Source: Lingula anatina (lineage: Eukaryota > Animalia > Brachiopoda). From it: a stretch of DNA of 64,000 nucleotides. The stretch's first letter is position 1. Each line of letters begins with the position of its first letter. The DNA lies in assembly GCA_051362555.1 (NCBI GenBank), contig CM120642.1, positions 15,748,001 through 15,812,000 of the forward strand. The letters run 5' to 3'. Shown piece by piece: positions 60,325-64,000 of this stretch. Both the position numbers and the translations under genes were made by a program. Under the pieces are notes generated by a model. It saw only the letters and a program-made list of their open reading frames with translations, made no database searches and was not told the origin of the DNA.

Positions 60325-63300
60325 TGAAAGCAATTAGCCAAGTGTGTGCCTAAGTCCCAAAAACCTGAAAAGAATCAGTAGCTCTTCAGAGACACTGGGG
60401 AGCATTTTATGTGTCATTTAATGCAACTAAAAGTATAGACAACGGAAGACAGTTTGGCGAACAGGATGGCTTTTAGTGCAACAAGATTTATATATGCGTG
60501 TCCGCAATTAATGACACAGCTGGGGAGCAACGCTGGGAGACGTTGAATACATGTATCAGAGTAAACTGCACTGTATATATATATTTTTTTTTGTTTTTGC
60601 TAAGTGTCTAGCAATAAGCGTCATAAAGCTCTAAATAAGATATTTTATATCTCACTCTTTATCATAATACTTGCCGTGTTGTTTGATCTCTCTCTCTATC
60701 TCCATTTTGTAAACTTCAGGGCATTCGTTCACTATATAACTGTACCTACATGCAAACATGGTTAAAGGGATAATAACTCTTCGTTTCGGCCAAAAAATGA
60801 ATTTTCCTGGAGTAAACAACAATTTTCCCATACTTACCAATGGTTAATAAATCCATTTTCACATTCAAAGTTAGTCCCTGTTTTTTTTCTAGAAAGTTTG
60901 GTTTTTTGTTAAAATCTCTTAAGAGATTTTAACAGAGAATAGCCATAAATGGAGGTCACGTGGTCTAAAGACAAGCTCAGATATCAGAATAATAGCTATA
61001 ACTGCCTTTTTTGTGGTAAAACAGAATATATTATATTTCTATGAGTTATTCACAATGTTTTTATTGTGAAATGTAGATTTCATACGAAGAGTTATTATCC
61101 CTTTAAACAATCATGGAACAAACGCTGAGTTATTTATCAAGTATTATATAACCCAAATTATTATAATTTATAAAATAAAGGCCATAATTTGAAAACCTCT
61201 ACAAGTCGATAGCTTCTAACTGTATACAAACAATACGATCGTTCTTTCAATCCATTCTTGTATATGTGTCACTATACAGCCTAATAGGCCATATAATAAA
61301 TACGCCCGGTCAACCATATAATTCATGCCCCGGGGTTATCTTTCGTATTGTTCACTGTTATCTTTTCGATATATGCTGTATTTTTGCACATTTTATGGAC
61401 GAATTGTGAATGCGTGAAAGTGCCACAGGTGCAAAACGTAACTTGGATGATGAGAAAAGCTGGTTTGAAAGATTATTATATACATTATCCGGACACCCAT
61501 CGGCGACAAGGATTGTTTTTTATGGAGATGGATGACTAATTTAATTGGTAAACAGAATTTATGTCTTTAAACTGTTTCTGGCCTTTTCTTGCCATTCATC
61601 TGTGACAAGATAAAGGATTGAAACCTAAAAACAATATAGAATCCAAAGCTGTTAAAAAAAAATATACCTAGCTGTTATTACTAATGTGATAGTGAGGCAC
61701 CATCTTGCTTAAGTTACTTATTGTAATATGTAACTTTACTTTACTGTGTTTTTTGTGTTTTTTCTTAAGTGAAAAAATATAGGCTATGACCGCCTCGTAA
61801 TCCACGCTAAGTGCTGTATTAGGTTGGGAAATCTACTTGTAAATTAACAGCAGAGGGCTGCTAAGGAGGTGATTTTGTGATTGATTCATATAATATAATG
61901 TAAATATGCTAAATCTGTAACAATAAAAATACATAAGTTGTATGAAAAATCAAATTGGAGATCAGTGATGGAGGATCATGATGGCAAATTATAGCACTGA
62001 ATATTGATTGGACCAAATGAAACCCGAGAATGTTTTTGTAACGTGATTTAAAATCACGTTTATAATGAGTGCAGGGTGGCACTGGGGTTCAAAAGTCGTC
62101 TAAATGAAGTACGCCTATGATGCGGCAAAATCTAATCAGCGTATAAAGTGCTAATAACATATTCCATATTTATCAGTTCTATCTAAAAGAATTATCTAAA
62201 AATACACTTGCAAACTGACAGGTAATCACACATCATATCATTCATGTTACTCAGATCCCATTATAATTGCTGTTGTGCAGTAATGGCCACTGACTCCTCA
62301 CAAGGATATCATGCTATTAACAGTTCCAAACACGAGAAAACTGACAGAGTGAATTTTTTGGGATTGTCCTTGTCCTTCAGTGATTCCTTGGACCATTTGG
62401 TTTATACCTGCGGCATAACCAAGCAGGCTTATGGATATTTTCCTTGTGACCTTTTGGTGACCTTTTGCAAAACGAGGCCATTTTGGCCACAGGTTCTGTT
62501 GGAATCCTACCTTAAAGTTTGTTAATTAATCAATTATGGATACTACCAATTTCGTAGATAAAACGATATTAACGTGTTCTTACTGAACTGGAACTCATAA
62601 TTACAACTGAAGCGCAGTTTGAAATGAAAACTTATTCCCCTATGTGGATAAAAACACTGCGATGCCCGGGTCTTCCTTTCATTCATTTCATATTGAGTTT
62701 AAGTGCAGGTTTCGCGGAATGATTAACTGCTTTGAGGAAGTATGTGCTCTGAACAGACATAACAACTCCTTAAGATATTGGTAACATGGGCACATAACGA
62801 GATTTAATAATACTTTACGGAATCGTGAATTCCCCATAGTTAGTGGAATATTATTTTTTTACGTTTCTGAGAAAGGAATTTGTCAAATAATGTAAGATAA
62901 ACTAATGTAAACTATACGAAAAATGATAAAATAAAGATTCTGAAAGCAGATGTCAAAACTTTTGAATTGCAAGTTCAGTGAAAGTTGTATTTGTGTTGAA
63001 ACTCGAACAGTTGTGACGGAGGGTCTCAAGTTAATAATGCAACTGAATGATTTGTTAAACTCTTGTACATTAAGGTAGTAAAAGCAAAATGATATTCTCT
63101 TTTGGTTCATGCTGAAATAATAAAAAAACACTGAAATTAAAATATTTATGTAGCTTTGAAAAATATTTTAAAACTCAAGATTTAATGAAAAACATTGTTC
63201 GTATTTTGGCACCTAATGTTTGCTGGTGCATCTGGTATCAAATGCGTAACAAATGATACCATCCTACTAATCTGACAGTGTTTTCAGTTTAATCATGAAA

Positions 63301-64000
63301 AGGGATTTATTAAAATCGATTTCCAGGACTCACCTTTTCGTTGCAAAGTCACCAAACAATTACACCGATAAGACCGGGTTGTAAACGTAAGTTTGACTAT
63401 TTGAATTCCGTTAAGTTGAGCTCTCAAACGACTGTTCAAATACGTATCTTGTATAACTGAAGACAATTCAAGTCTAAGAACTTGTTCAGACCGTGATTAG
63501 TTTCTTTCATCTCTTCAGTATGGTTGTTAAGTGCTTGTTTTAGGCCGATGTAACGATAATTCCATTAAGTACCCATACGTTTGAAGTTGCGTCAAAAGTA
63601 AGGAAATGACAGAAGCACCGGTCAAATAAGGCATTACGAAAGCTGACGCCACGTCATCACATATCCCATGATATGTTAGAGTGATATTATATGAACACTT
63701 TTACGTTACACACAAAAGTAGTTCAAATGCGACACGGGTCAAATAAATGAATTCAATTTTGTTGTAGCTATACTTTCACTTGTGCAGTTGGGACTGTAAA
63801 CTTGGTTTGTGAGTGCATTTCTTCAACAGAACATGCAGAGAGTATGCGGTTCTACTGATGGACGTTATGTCAACTTTTCTCTTGTTTATGCATATATAAC
63901 CTTGTGACAACACACAATTTCCTGTTTTTTTTCTGTTACATTTGATGTGTAGTGAGATTCTTTCAACAGTGGTTAATGCTTTGGTTGTTCTTGATTCTAA

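Noticed and set aside
51222-63131. Short ORFs across 51.2-63.1 kb, including the poly-Lys and IY-repeat ORFs
   Set aside because: Low-complexity or random-length ORFs with no domain resemblance and no consistent exon chain.

Overview
AT-rich, intron-rich animal genomic DNA. Repeat content and protein style suggest a marine invertebrate, probably a mollusc; this is inference, not proof. Six spliced protein-coding genes were reconstructed by hand, checking splice sites and reading frame. They are valyl-tRNA synthetase (-, runs off the left edge), PTGES2 (+), DDX39B/UAP56 (-), BBLN/C9orf16 (+), argininosuccinate synthase (-) and a PhyH-family Fe(II)/2-oxoglutarate dioxygenase (-). VARS/PTGES2 and DDX39B/BBLN are head-to-head pairs. 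Two paralogous box C/D snoRNAs sit in DDX39B introns, each combining a SNORD32-type and a SNORD33-type guide. VARS introns carry non-autonomous Helentron-like elements with 146-bp and ~161-bp tandem arrays. Several MITEs lie around ASS1. Positions ~51.2-64 kb show no convincing coding sequence. The best leads are: (1) a GC-rich, hairpin-rich DDX39B intron at the RecA1/RecA2 linker that looks like an autoregulatory retained intron; (2) the dual-guide snoRNA pair; (3) a tight cluster of genes whose human orthologues lie at 6p21.3 and 9q34.11 (MHC paralogon); (4) four C/EBP-ATF (ATF4) elements just upstream of the putative ASS1 first exon. All coordinates were read by eye and may be off by a few bases; no database searches were run.
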